64,000 nucleotides of DNA from Octopus vulgaris (Eukaryota): positions 23,994,001 to 24,058,000 of the forward strand of contig OX597819.1 of NCBI GenBank assembly GCA_951406725.2, given 5' to 3'. The translations under genes were made by a program, and so were the position numbers. Position 1 is the stretch's first letter. Each line of letters begins with the position of its first letter. The notes below the pieces were generated by a model. It saw only the letters and a list, made by a program, of their open reading frames with translations. It was not told the DNA's origin and ran no database searches. Shown here in pieces: positions 25,261 through 39,356 of this stretch.

Positions 25261-26212
25261 TCTTTCCTTTATTCTTTTACTTGTTTGTCATTTGACTGCC
25301 GCCATGCTAGAGTATCCCCAGAACTTATTCTTTGCATGCCTAATACTTATTCTATCGGTCTCTTTTGCCATGTATATATATATATATAAATACGTATGTG
25401 TGTTTGTGTGTGGAGGTATGAATGTATGTGCGCGTGTGTCTGTTGAAAAACTCATTCTCTCTCTTCTGTCTTAAATTTAACTGTAATATATTCTAATCTG
25501 TCCTGAATGCTTGCACACTTATATTCTGAAATAATATTGCTGTGTCTGCCTATTGAAAGTAATATCAGTTTCTGACGATCTTTGTGAATTTAGCGAAAGC
25601 AAAGTTTCTCTGCTAAACCCAATAAATCTATTAACATGTTATATAACTTAATATGATTTAATATGTGCGTGTGTATATGTGTGATGATAAGTTTTAGAAA
25701 CACAAACGTGAGTTTAACTGGAATATATATGAGAATATCAGATTTTACAGAGTTTAGAATTTGGTACAAAGCCGTATGTATTTTAAACGCCTTCTATTGG
25801 ATTTCAAAATATTTTATTGTGACAGTTGTTTAAATTCCAATCCACCCTGATGAAGCAGATCTATGATCAACAACATTCTGCATACATTCCATACTTCATG
25901 CTTTTCTTTTCATGAAGTAGACACCATTACGCAATCGAAACGGTAAAACCAGAGGGAACTAATTACGGTTTATGTCGGAATATAGTCCGTACAAAACGCC
26001 ACAAAATGAAAGCAGCTTCTTTAGTGCTTCAGACAAGGCACTTCATCGGAGATATACAAAGAATGCTATCACGGCTAATACTAAATAACCCTCTCTAATC
26101 AGGAAGATAGAATGAAACCGTTGTTACTGATTAGTATTAGTATTAACGTGATCGAGAATATATTTGATCAAAGGCTTTCCGTCCGTGACCATCTTGACTT
26201 TCTAGGGTTATG

Positions 26213-26539
26213 TTTTATTTATTTATTTATGCGCCCTTTTCAAGCCTAGCCAGGCTCATGGGCCCCGTTTCCCGGTTTCTGTAGCGTTGGCGTATGTGTT
26301 TCCCCCAGCTGGACGGGACGCCAGTCCATCGCGGCGTTACTCAAGAAACAGGAAGAGAGAGTGAGAGAACGTTGGGGCGAAAGAGTACAATAGGGGTCGC
26401 CACCACCCCCTGCCGGAGCCTCGTGGAGCTTTTAGGTGTTTTTGCTCAATAAACACACACAACACCCGGTCTGGGAATCGAAATGCAATCCTCCGACCGT
26501 GATTCCGTTGCCCTAACCACTGGGCCATTGCACGTCCAC
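26213..26539 (-). mobile_element. tRNA-derived SINE, head A + alternative tail Y
   Basis: First ~200 nt match family A; tail GATGGACTGGCGTCCCGTCCAG...GCTACAGAAACCGG...(TAAA)n differs. Confidence 0.85.
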
Positions 26540-28297
26540 TAAGATTATGTAGTAAATCATTATCTAACGATTCCTTTTCCTAGTGTAAAACGGTAAAGTA
26601 TGAGTTGGAAGAAAATTTTACACCTATTTGTGGCAGATCATCAAGCAACTCCCTTCAACGTCTTCTGCTAAGGAGTGTAACGCCACCGAGAACGAATTAG
26701 TTTTAGCGGAGATCAGGGTATTAGTAGTGTGACGAAGAGATGAGTTATAAAATTAGTGACTATTTGAAGGTGAGACAATTAGGGTTGTGTGTATGTGTGA
26801 GTGTGTGTGTGTGTGTGTAATTGTGTGCGTTTATGTATTTGTTTGTATGTATGTATGTATGTGTGTGTGTGTAAAAGAGTTTTGGAGGAGTGAGCGAAAA
26901 GACAACAATGGAAGTGTGTGAACGTAACGTATATTAAAAGTGAGATTAGATATTTAAGGTGGAGGGAAGTAGTTAGACAGGGCCTGGGAATGTTGCTTAC
27001 GTCCAAATGCGCATTTACATGTTATAACAGCCAAAATAGGGATTCAAATGATAGTCGTTCGTTGATATTGCCTTTCCTTGTCGCATAACTAGTTCTACTT
27101 AATCGTTTGATAATTACAGAATTGAATATGTTAATAACTTGACTATTGTCTTCTATGTTGATGGCAACCCTGAGAAACATCTCCCAGCATTTGTTTCCTT
27201 AAAATATGCTAATTTTGTATACCCACTCGTACACAATATGTTACATCTACATATTTTACTTCTATTTCTGCAAGTAAAGTCTGTGCTTCATTGAAGAGCT
27301 CTAATATGAAGGACACATGTTCGGAGTGGTGTAGAGTGGTGTAAGGTGAATGAAGGAAGAAACAGTTAAAAAATAGCGAGGCTGGGATGAAATAAGTGAA
27401 ATAATATTTGTCATTGACTAAAAGTTTCTTCAGTATGATTGCATCTAATCATTGCTTAAATGTGGTTGCACTAACATGACAAAATACGGCTTCTAAGGGT
27501 TTGATGGGTGTGAGATCAAAGGTCGAAGAAAGAACAAATATAGTTAAGGTAAAATCAGAAATCTAAAGAAACTATGTTGGTAAAAATTAATTCATATGAG
27601 AGTTTGTAAAAGTTCATATGAGTTTTGTAAATTGATCTTCGTGGGGTGTGAATAGTCTAAAATTTCAGAACATTGCTTCGAGAAAATACAGAACGTATTG
27701 CTGTTTTTGTTGCAAGTTAATGAAGGAAGAATGGAATGACTTAACAATGTGATGATCGAATGGCGATGGGTTGGAAGCGAAGTCGGAAGACAGGGACAAA
27801 TGTCAGTGAAAGATGGGGTGTATGGTATGGAAAGTGAAAAAAGACGGAGGAAGTAACGAATAGGGAAAATGGTAGAAGGGTCCAAAGTTGGCAGCAAAAT
27901 CGAAGTGTAATTGGAGAATAATGGTAATAACCGGTTCGAATGAAAATAGAAGAAAATGGGGAAGTACTGGGCAAGGCGCTCGGGCATATACACACGCGCA
28001 GACACATACGCACACACACGCACACACACACACACAAGTATAACTATTCTGAGTTTGGCAATTTTACTTACACCAACACGTTCAGTAACACACTATAACA
28101 ATAAAAGTTGGAATTTTTAAATTGCAAATACTTTGAAACAGTAAGGTGAATTAGAAAAATAAAGTGCGTTCATTAATATCTGCGGGCGGAGATGTGCCTA
28201 GAATTAAAAAAAGAAAGAAAATGAAGCGTTTTTCTCTGTCTTTGCAGGTACAGGGAGCGGTGTGGTACATGATAACTCCACAAATCTTGAGATGGGT

Positions 28298-28720
28298 CTT
28301 TTACTTGTTTCAGTCATTTGACTGCAGCCATGCTGGAGCACCGCCTTTTAGTCGAGCAAATCGACCCCAGGATTTATTCTTTGTAAGCCTAGTACTTATT
28401 TTATCGGTCTCTTATGCCGAACCGCTAAGTTACGGGGACGTAAGCACACCTGCATCGGTTGTCAAGCGATGTTGAGGGGATAAACACAGACACACCAACA
28501 TATACACACACATACATATACATACATACATACATACATATATATACATATATACGACAGGCTTCCTTCAGTTTCCGTCTACCAAATCCACTGACAAGGC
28601 TTTGGTCGGCTCGAGGCTAGAGTAGAAGACACCTGCCCAAGGTGCCACGCAGTGGGATTGAACCCGGAACCATGTGGTTGGTAAGCAAGCTATTTACCAC
28701 ACAGCCACTCCTGCGCCTAT
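28298..28720 (-). mobile_element. SINE family C (tRNA head, CORE-like domain, internal TA/TG microsatellite), full length
   Basis: Minus head GGCGCAGGAGTGGCTGTGTGG...GGTTCAATCCC, CCTTGGGCAGGTG motif, GTAAAAGA tail; many copies in the window. Confidence 0.9.
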
Positions 28721-29023
28721 TTAACTAAAAAAAGGCACTGGGGTCAATTTATTCGACCAAAATTGTTTAAGGCGGTGCCCCAGCATGGCCGAAGCGTAAT
28801 GACTGAAACAAGTGAAGGATGGAAGATAAAGGAACGTACAGTGATTCACCTGCATCAAATGTGATTTCCTTGACAATTGCAAAACCTGGTAAACCATATA
28901 ACAGTGGCGTCCAAGGCAATTTCCACGGTCATGAAGCAGAGTACACATGAACGTACCAAGATCAGTCTTTGAACGCATCAGTATCAATCTTATCAATGGC
29001 GTCTGAAGTCGTGGAAAAAAAAA

Positions 29024-29122
29024 CAGGTGCAGGCGTGGCTGTATAATAAGAATCTTGCTTCCCAACCGTATGGTTTCGGGTTCAGTTCCACTGCGTGATA
29101 CCTTGGGCAAGTGTCTTCTACT
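29024..29122 (+). mobile_element. SINE family C head (tail at ~30745-30948), split by a hAT insertion
   Basis: Head ends at ...GTGTCTTCTACT just before the hAT terminus. Confidence 0.7.
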
Positions 29123-29123
29123 G

Positions 29124-30660
29124 CTGTGTTTCCCAAACTGTTCGCGCCAAATTGCAATATCGCCCTCCTATCGGCCCAAAAATGCTACATCACCCACCTA
29201 CGTAAAACAAAACCCTGAACCCACCACAGAATCCCTCAAGGTCCCCCTTTGTATCTTTTGACACTCACACCCTATATCGTAGACACGTTGCTCTGTTAGT
29301 GCAGTTTGTACTAACTATGCGGTTGTTTACAAATCCCTTATTGTAGATTTAGTTTTGTCATTAGTGTTAATAAAATTCTAACGTTAACTTTATAAATTTT
29401 CAGACAAACTTCTGGAAACTTGCGCTTTCTTTTACGCTGATTTTCATTTTCTTCAAATGAACCGTTGATCAGAACTATCGATGTAAAAATAATTAATGAT
29501 TGTATTATAAAGGAACAGAATAAAACTTTTTAATGAGAACCATGTGTCTGGTGCGATGCAACTAGTGCAGATACATTCGGGTTCAAACTTGCCAACTTTA
29601 GCCGCAAGTCTCTTCATTGTGTCACACCTAGCCCAATTCTTTTACGGGAAAGTAAAGTTCCAACATGGTTAAAACCAGATTCAACCAGGTATAAGGTAGG
29701 GAAGGCAAGCAAAAGTAATTTCAGATGTTTCCACAGACTGGGGTAGGAATTCAATATACTCTAATGATAACACAAACCTTCTTTGCAATTACGGCGATAT
29801 CTATTTCTTTATTACCCACAAGGGGCTAAATACAGAGGGGACAAACAAGGACAGACATAGGTATTAAATCGTTTACATCGACCCCAGTGCGTAACTGGTA
29901 CTTAATTTATCGACCCCGAAAGGATGAAAGGCAAAGTCGACCTCGACGGAATTTGAACTCACAACGTAACGGCAGATGAAATACCGCTAGGCATTTGGAC
30001 CGGCGTGTTAACGTTTCTTCCAGGTCACGGCGATATCGCATTGTGGTGTCATTGTCATTTTGTAATTCTATCAATTCCTCCTGAACGCCATCCTCGCAAT
30101 TGACTGCATCGACCTCAAACAGATTGCTATACCAATTTAGAATATTCAGCACAATAACATCTTGAATTCGCTCCACCATGTCATCATGCTATGATTGTAA
30201 ATAGTTGTGATATGTAGTTAAATCCTCATCAACCAGTTTATCTTTCAAAGAATCAAGTTGTGGAAATTGATGGAAATGACACTTTGAAATGTTAGTCTTC
30301 TACAGCACCAATTTCGAAATGAAGGTAGTAATAAATGATTCACAATCAACGAGAGTTTTTCTACTTCCTTGCAATAACTTATTCAAATCGTTTAATTTTG
30401 TGAATATATCACGAAGAAAAACGATATCGCACCTTGCAGCCATCAATGAAGTGGATAGTGGAGTATCTTCATAGAAAGATATGATTATATGAAACAGTTC
30501 AACAAAGCGTAAAATACAGTTTCCTCTTGAAAGCCACCGCTCTTCGATATGGTATAAAAATTTAATATGGTCCTCATCATTTCTCAGACAGAGAATTCGA
30601 TCAGGCAAGAGACTGGACTTCAATTTGTTCAGTCTTGATAACTAACTGCAGTGCATCATT
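29124..30660 (-). mobile_element. hAT/Charlie-like DNA transposon relic with decayed transposase
   Basis: Terminus CTGTGTTTCCCAAACT; peptides RWLSRGNCILRF, DIFTKLNDLN..LQG, FPT.YLVESGF. Confidence 0.8.
29803..30020 (-). mobile_element. SINE family B inserted in the hAT relic
   Basis: rc of the copy at 46269-46497. Confidence 0.9.
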
Positions 30661-32734
30661 CATGTGCGTGTGTGTGTAATTTTAAATTGCAAATACTTTG
30701 AAACAGTAAGGTGAATTAGAAAAATTGTGCTTGTCCCTCTACCCTACTACAGGTTGAAAGCCGGTGTTGATTTATTAACGTCACCATTACTTCTTGACTT
30801 CTTGGTCCAGTAAAAAAGGCGGTAGAGTATGTACCAATTTTTTTCTTCTGTTTTAAAAATGTACTGAGTTCAATTTGTTCGACCAAACAGTTCAAACCAG
30901 CATGGCAGCAGTACAATGACTGATACACGTAAAAGAGTAAAAGAGTTAAAAAAGTTAAGCATCAGCAAATGAGAAGTGGCTTGCAGGATGATTTGTGAAA
31001 AAAAAAGTATGTGTTAATGATATTTATATTATGTTGACGATGCTGGCAGACTGTAACGATAAAGAGGAAACAATTCATAAGCTTAGAAAACCACCTCCGG
31101 CAAGAAACAGTCACCAGAAATACAAACAAAACGTCTCGTCGAACCGATTTAATTATTATAATGGGGATGGTTAACGAGGTGTTAGAAAGGAACAGTCAGA
31201 GGAAGAGGTAACAGAACGGAAAGGACTTAACATGTTAGTTGCAATTCATTTCTTTCTGTTTTGTTTTTTTTACTAAAGGACGCTGTAGAAGCGTGGAGTG
31301 GCTTTATCACTTTTGTTTCTTATATGGAAATGTAACTACTTCTAAGTAAACAGAAGATAAGTAATAAAACAGCTATATAAAGCTTATCAGAATTTAAAAA
31401 AACAACGGCAACCACCCTTAATCTTTTCTTGGAATAAATCTACATCAAGCTGGACCAACCACTCCTTTAAAACCAAACATCGGTTACAAAACCTTGCCCT
31501 AAACACATACATTAAAACTAGAACATGTCTTATATCAGTAAGAAACCCTCTTCCTACGCACGCCGCCACTTTACGTGCCTCCACTAGGAAGTTCAACAAA
31601 ACAATGTCTCGTATCTCATCTTGATGCAAACATCTCTTTCTCTAACCAAAGGAGTGTTTTTCCTTTTGAGAAATTACTAATTAGACAAAAAAAGCAAACA
31701 AATCATTCAGATAAACCTCAGTGACATTGGCGTATGGGATAAGAAAATTTAAAGCAGATATAAGCTCTTGCCTCTTATCAATGTAATGGCTTTATCGATC
31801 ACACATATTTTTAGCACAGAAACTGGAAGACCCTATAAATTAGTCACCACTGTAAATCGTACTTCATAAATGTTTGATTGATTTAGGAAGGTGGGCACAC
31901 CTCTAGCACCCTACGGAATAGTGATGACTAAAGTGGTTCTTACTACTTCCTAGGAAGCAAGCATCAAGCGTTAACTGATGTATGTATATCAATGATTAAA
32001 AACGGATTTGCTTCGTATTTTTAAAATTCATCTTGATAAATGTTTCAAGACAATTACATTCAAAGTGTCTAGACGTAAATATGTTAACGTACACAACTAT
32101 TTATTTGAATTGTCAATGAATATAAATGACGGTCGTTGCCATTATATGTTATTAAGTTTGTAATGTCTTCAACAAGCAAACTCAACATTTTGAACATAAT
32201 ATTTTTGATTTATTTTTGCAAGAAACGATATTTTAAAAATAAGAAAATGAAAATTATTAAAATATTCAATTTGTAGTTTAAATAAAGCAAATAGATTTTA
32301 ATCGCTAGTTTTTTTTTAAAACTACTACTTGTGTTCGTTTAAACACGTCATCAATAGTGTTAAGCAAGGTCATTAGGTGGTTCATGTGTTCAACAGTCAG
32401 TGTTGATCAAGCCGTAGCTTGTGTCCACTTAGCACAAACTATCCCAGCTAGTACTACAAAGTTCTTGGCCCGTACCTCCTGGATCATAATCACTTTGAAG
32501 CAACAAGCTACCTTCGGAGGCAACTTGGTGACCTTCTGTCTACGGTCCCAGTGATGGCCAGCGTATTATTGGCTCAGTAGTGGGTCTGGCCTGCAAACCA
32601 CTCTGCGAATATTACATTTAAAATAATTCTTTCTATTATAGGTACAGGGCCTGAAATTTTTGGTGAGTGGGTTAGTATTTTGTCTAGTGTGGGTCACCAT
32701 TCTGCGCGCTGCCTTAATTTCATTTAAAATAATA

Positions 32735-32878
32735 TTGGTTTCAAATTTTGGCACAAGGCCAGCAGTTTCGGAGAAGTGGGCAAGTCGATTACATCGACCC
32801 CAGTGCTCAACTGGTACTTATTTTATCGACCACGAAAGAATGGAAGGCAAATTTGACCTCGACGGAATTTGAACTCAG
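32735..32878 (-). mobile_element. SINE family B, partial
   Basis: Core domain match. Confidence 0.7.
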
Positions 32879-33002
32879 TCTTGTTAAAATGTTCAGTTTA
32901 GCTTCCCCATTCTAGTGTGAGCGTGAGTATGTCTATGTGTGAGAATGTGAGTGTATGTATGTGTGCATATATGAATACATACATACACACACGCACACAC
33001 AA

Positions 33003-33035
<33 letters not shown>

Positions 33036-33040
33036 CACAA

Positions 33041-33105
<65 letters not shown>

Positions 33106-35399
33106 CACATAAATATATAAACGTATGTATGTGTGTGTGTATGTATGTATACACACACAGATAGATGGACGAATAGATAGAGGGATGAATAGATTGATAG
33201 ATGAATTGATAGATGTGCGTGTATGTTTGTGTGTGTATATAGTATGTGTGTATGTGTGAGGGAGAGAGAGAGAGAGAAGGTAAGAAAGAGAGGGAATACT
33301 GAAGATATATATTAAATGTCCACGGCCATGCAAAAGTTTTAACTTTCTTTTTATAGTTAGTCGTCCATGTCAAGTACTCTTTATTTAGGGTCAATTACAC
33401 CTCATCGAATGTTCCATTCACATGAACAAATACGTGTACGTATGTGTGTGTTTTCTCTATATCTATGTGGATATCTTACTTACAGCATCAACTATTTCTC
33501 TCATCCCTCCCTTCCTCGCTCTTTGCCAGTAATTATCTACCAATTTTTCTTGCACTAAGTGTGTAGTCTATGTTATTGTGAGTAAAAACATAGAAAGAGA
33601 ATTCTGGAAAAAAAAATTATGATAGATAATATCCCCTTAGGGGTATTAATCATCGCACCGTGCTAAATGGAGCGATTCTGATTGGGCTTTAAACCAACTT
33701 CGGTTGATAACAACATATTTATGTATTCATTCCTGCCAAGAAACGCATATATATACAAGTCAAACATTCGTTGAGATGTTTTTGCAATTCGGTTTCAAAT
33801 TTCAGTCGTAGAAAATTTGTCTTTTCATTATTGTTTTTTTTTTTTTGCTTGTTTTTAACCCTTAATTAAGGTTAAAGGGCAGCATATATCACTCTTTTCA
33901 GAACGCTGTGATCAGTGGTAGGAAGAGAGGAACTTATTCTCAGACCTAAGATACTGTTTGTGGTCATATTTCAGCATTTGCAGTAGAGAAGATGGATTAA
34001 GTCTAACGTACAGGAACAAGAACATTCCCTCCAACGTGGATTTAAGCAGTTTTTGTCCTTCAATTTTCACTCATAAACTTTTGTTCGACCTAAGATTGTA
34101 GCAGAAGACACTTTCCCGAGATACCACTCCAAATCATATAGATGCGAAGCGAACATTTTACCCACACCTGAATCAAAGTATAAGTAGTTATATTGCATCT
34201 AAATTACATACACTATGTAAAATTAGCTGATAATTTGAAGCCAGTGTATATAATCTAAGAATCACAAAACTTCTTTTGTATTATACAGAACACCTATCTT
34301 CTTTAACGATTAGCTATAATTTTTCTTAAGCCATTTTACAGATAAGAGCACTGGACAGTCTGAGAGTCAGTGTTATTCAAGAATACAACCATTAACAATA
34401 AACGGGTTCAAATTATCGATAGTTCAGCTGATTATCTGACGCTGATTATCTGACGCCCAATCATTTAAAAAAACTGAACTAAAGTAATTTGTAAACGTAT
34501 TATTGGGTGAAAGATAATCCATAATCCAGTCTAACATCACTGTATGGATCTTGGGTGATCTTATTGGAGTAGATTCTGTTGCAGGCACCCAAATCAGATT
34601 CTTGGTCTGGTGATAGTTTCCTTCTACCAGTAACAAAGGCTATGAATAACATGTCTTGAGTGTTATATCTCTTGACATATTATGTAAGACTAACTTTGTA
34701 GGAAACGATAGACAATGCCATGTACTGGCTATTAATTAGACGTGATGTAACAGATATTATGCTGGTAGACTTGTGGTTGCTATATACTATTGTTGTTTCA
34801 TTTCAATGAGGACAATAGGAAATAAGAATAGTGAAAGCTACAAGCTCAGTATGATATTGAAAGTAGAATCGGTAAGATAGAATTACAGTGAAGGTCTAAG
34901 AATAGACAGGAGATGTTTAAGGAAATCTGGAATAGGAGAGAAGCAAAATTTGTAAAACAAAAACAACAAAAAAAAAAAAAACCAGATAGAAATAAGAAAT
35001 GATTGAGAAAATGATAAGAGAAAGTAATAGTAAATGGTAAACTCACGAAATGACACAGGAGATAGGATAAAACGAGTAAGAAATGATAGCTTAAGAAATG
35101 TAAATACAAATGAAGGAAAACAATTGCTCGGACAATTTATTGTAGCGAATGAAAATATATCTGACGTGAAATGAAGGTCTTGATTGGTTACGAAACAATC
35201 AGAATGATAACAATGATAGAAAATATAGTTGAGGAAAATGACAATGGAAACTAAAAGAGGGTGATTAGGAAGTACTTATTAAAAATATATGGTAGTGAAA
35301 TATATAAGGAAATACTTTTTGTTGTATGTTTATAGTTTTTTTTTCTTGAATTTGCTTTTTGCATTATTATTTCCAAACTCTGAACGCAATGAACTAGCG

Positions 35400-35430
<31 letters not shown>

Positions 35431-35482
35431 TGTATGTATGTATGTATGTATGTATGTATGTATGTATGTATGTATCCATGCA

Positions 35483-35535
<53 letters not shown>

Positions 35536-35627
35536 TTTATTTAAAGCAGCAGAAAATTCAACAAAACCTGTTACTCTGAGATCCCGTTGCCGTTCATCGG
35601 ACAGTTTTTGCTAGAATTTGGTTTTTG

Positions 35628-35662
<35 letters not shown>

Positions 35663-36989
35663 CCAATATAAAACCAGAAATGAAGTGTTCAATTGTCACT
35701 AATTTTGATTGACAGTGCAGGGCAGCACCTACATTGCTAAAATTAAGAAGTAAAAATCCCCTTGGCCGTAGAGAAACATCTGTCTATGTACTGACAGGAG
35801 AGCTAACCGCCCTACAGCGGGCGATGCTAGAATTCTAATTTCGCTTGAAATTATAGCTCTTCATTGGTGACTAATCCTTCGTTGAATGGTTTGGCCAAAT
35901 TCCGACTGTCAGCATATTATATCTACAAACATACCACTAATAAGGTGAATGGAGTGAGCACTCCATTCTTCTAGTTAATATTTATATTAATTCTACGGAT
36001 ATTAATGGATTTTCAGATTTATCATCTGTGAAAAGATCCATTTTCATTGGATGATTGCATCTGATAGCCGATACCCGTAGACAGGTTTTATAATACCAAC
36101 TGCAAAGTTAAAACCCAAATGGAATATACGTACGTACATACATACATACATACATACATACATACATACATACATACATACATACATACATACATACTTA
36201 CATGGTGGCTGCCCCCTCGTTATCGAGTATGGACATTGCACGAAGCTTAATCAATATTGTTATCGTGCAATGCCTGTGCAAGAAGATTTTTTTTAAAGTG
36301 AAGAAAGGCTGTGCACTGAGTCAATCCCACTCACTAAGCAACAGCTGCCATAATCCGAAAAGAAGAACAAGTCAACATCATCGGTAACCACTTGAAGCTA
36401 TGATTGAAGACACTTTCTTGAGTTAGCGTTCTGTTGCCTTAATCTTTAATATCTTTCAGACTAAGTAACGTAGTAAGAGAAAGAAATTTTGATAATATTT
36501 TTAGGCTGATTATGACCAACATTATTAACTTATGATGTTACAGGAGTTATAATAACATTTCATGAGTATGATTGCTGCATATAGCAGGTTTGTGTTATTG
36601 CATCTTACTTCTCAATACCATCACAACTCATTATTTTGTTCCATGTAATAAATAAGATTTGATCCAACACTCGCATTGAAATTACTGAGATCAATTGATC
36701 AAACGATCAATTGATGATACATTCCAAATGATTTAGCTGCCTTTCTCTGTGCTTTCTGATATTAGCGTTGGTGCCTACGCAAATACTTATTTCGCATATC
36801 TTATTCATTCAAGATTGATACATTATAACAGAGCGCTTTAGCTGAAACCGTGGAATTGTTTTACAATATGCTGAATCCATGACTTATGGTGAACATAGCT
36901 AACTCCATACTGACGAGGTTTATCGCCCTCGAAACATTAAGAGGGGGGGAGAGAGTGAGAGAGAGACAGAGAGACAGAGAGAGAGAGAC

Positions 36990-37045
<56 letters not shown>

Positions 37046-37311
37046 TGCCTTAAGAAATCCAAATTCATTAGAATACCCTATCTTTTTCCTTATCTGTTTA
37101 TACTTATACTATAGCATTTTACAGTCTTGACATCCATTCATCCATCCATCCATCCACCCGTCCGTCCATCAATCCATCCATCCACCCATCCACCCGTCCG
37201 TCCGTCCCTCCATCCATCCGCTATTCCTGGGAAAGTCGTTGAGATAGAGCCTTCAGGTATCCCCACCACTATCCATACAATCCTATCAGAAACAGCCGTC
37301 ATTAAACTTCT

Positions 37312-37726
37312 CATTTCTTTACTACCCACAAGGGGCTAAACACAGAGAGGACAAACAAGGACAGACAAACGGATTAAGTTGATTATATCGACCGCAGTGC
37401 GTAACTGGTACTTATTTAATCGGCCCCGAAAGGATGAAAGGCAAAGTCGACCTCGGCGGAATTTGAACTCAGAACGTAACGGCAGTTGAAATACCTATTT
37501 CTTTACTACCCACAAGGGGCTAAACACAGAAGGGACGAACAAGGACAGACAAACGGATTAAGTCGATTATATCGACCGCAATGCGTAACTGGTACTTATT
37601 TAATCGACCCCGAAAGGATGAAAAGCAAAGTCGACCTCGGCGGAATTTGAACTCAGAACGTAGCGGCAGACGAAATACCGCTAAGCGTTTCGCTCGACCT
37701 GCTAATGTTTCTGCCAGCTCCCCGCT
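37312..37726 (-). mobile_element. SINE family B tandem dimer
   Basis: Full monomer plus a head-less second unit; 14-bp TSD GTCATTAAACTTCT at 37298-37311 and 37727-37740. Confidence 0.9.
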
Positions 37727-38229
37727 GTCATTAAACTTCTTTGCTCGATTCCCAAGCATGACCAGCTTAGACTACGGATATAATCCAACAATCTTGCCCC
37801 GAGGTCTCCTTGTAGGTCTTCTGACAGTTGGTTCGGCTTGCAGCCCTTTTTCAACACTATTCAAATCATACGCGCGTAGTGCCGTAGTTGTGACCTCTCA
37901 ATGCGGTGAAGCAGCGGCTAGACCCAGAGAGACTCCCCAGATTTTGGCAGCCGTATTTTATATAAAAGACACGTTTTTAGATTACTCCAACTAAGACAAA
38001 CAGGACAGCTTATTTCTCCAACTAAATTTATCAATATTACTTTCTGTGCTTCTGACGTCAACGCATCTGCCAGAATCTTTTATTTATCAACGTTATTATT
38101 ATTGAGATTTCGTTAACGGCTTCTTGCATGATAACAACGTCTGAATGCTGAAACATTCATAGCCAATAAACTTTAAACACATTTCACATGAATTTCTCAA
38201 GAACTTTTCTCTCTTTGTTTTGTTTTTTG

Positions 38230-38480
38230 TCTTCTTCTTCTTCTTCTTCTTCTTCTTCTTCTTCTTCTTCTTCTTCTTCTTCTCCTCCTCCTCCTCCTCC
38301 TCCTCCTCCTCCTCCTTCTTCTTCTTCTTCTTCTTCTTCTTCGTCGTCTTCTTCTTCTTCTTCTTCTTCTTCTTCTTCTTCACCATCATCATCGTCATCA
38401 TCATCATCATCATCTTCTTCTTCTTCTTCTTCTTCTTCTTCTTCTTCTTCTTCTTCTTCTTCGTCGTCGTCGTCGTCTTC

Positions 38481-38516
<36 letters not shown>

Positions 38517-38555
38517 TTCTTCTTCTTCTTCTTCTTCTTCTTCTTCTCCTTCTTT

Positions 38556-38597
<42 letters not shown>

Positions 38598-38695
38598 TTC
38601 TTCTTCTTCTTCTCCTTCTTTTTCCTCATCATCATCGTCATCATCATCATCATCATTATCATCATCATCATCATCATCATTATTATTATTAATGC

Positions 38696-38762
<67 letters not shown>

Positions 38763-38770
38763 ATTATTAA
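38230..38770. repeat. Compound trinucleotide microsatellite (TTC/TCC/GTC/ATC/ATT)
   Basis: Direct observation. Confidence 0.95.
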
Positions 38771-38982
38771 TATTGGACTTGTTGCTATGGTTGCTGTAGT
38801 AGTTTTTATTACGGTTGTTTCTGTTTCATATTCTGCATCCAGGCTCTTTGATAAGTAACATAAACATTCATAAAATTTATTAGTATTTTTCTTAGAAGGA
38901 ACCCCGCCCCCACACCAAACAACAAAAACAAATAAATAACTGAAAAAAAGAGGAAAATAAAAAGAAGACTCAACTGTTTATA

Positions 38983-39325
38983 CAGTTCTATATTTAAGAG
39001 ATGAGGAATTATGTACATTATTTACATTATTTACATTTGACGGATGTTTGTCCTCATCTTGTTCGTTGTTAACACAAGGTTTTGGCTGATATACCCTCCA
39101 GCCTTCATCAGGTGTCTTGGGAAAATTTCGAACCTAGGTTCTCAGTCCTAATGTATTTTTGATGCTGTTGTTGTTGTTGTTATTGTTGTTGTTGTTGTTG
39201 TTCTTCTTCTTCTTCTTCTTGTTCTTCTTCTTGTTCTTCTTCTTCTACTTCTTCTTCTCCTCCTTCTTGTTGTTATTGTTGCTGTTGTTGTTCTTCTTCT
39301 TCTTCTCCTTCTTTTTCTTCTTCTT

Positions 39326-39356
<31 letters not shown>

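Noticed and set aside
28230-28300. Possible host exon after a polypyrimidine tract and CAG (similar candidates near 4130 and 31390)
   Set aside because: No convincing donor site or recognisable peptide; cannot be supported without transcript data.
36905-36945. CTGACGA...GAAAC hammerhead-like string (also 43465-43495)
   Set aside because: Stem I and stem III pairing is not convincing.
38099-38858. Poly-K/M/S/F/I ORFs (also 10851-11420, 49071-49624, 61492-62337)
   Set aside because: Trinucleotide repeat translations.
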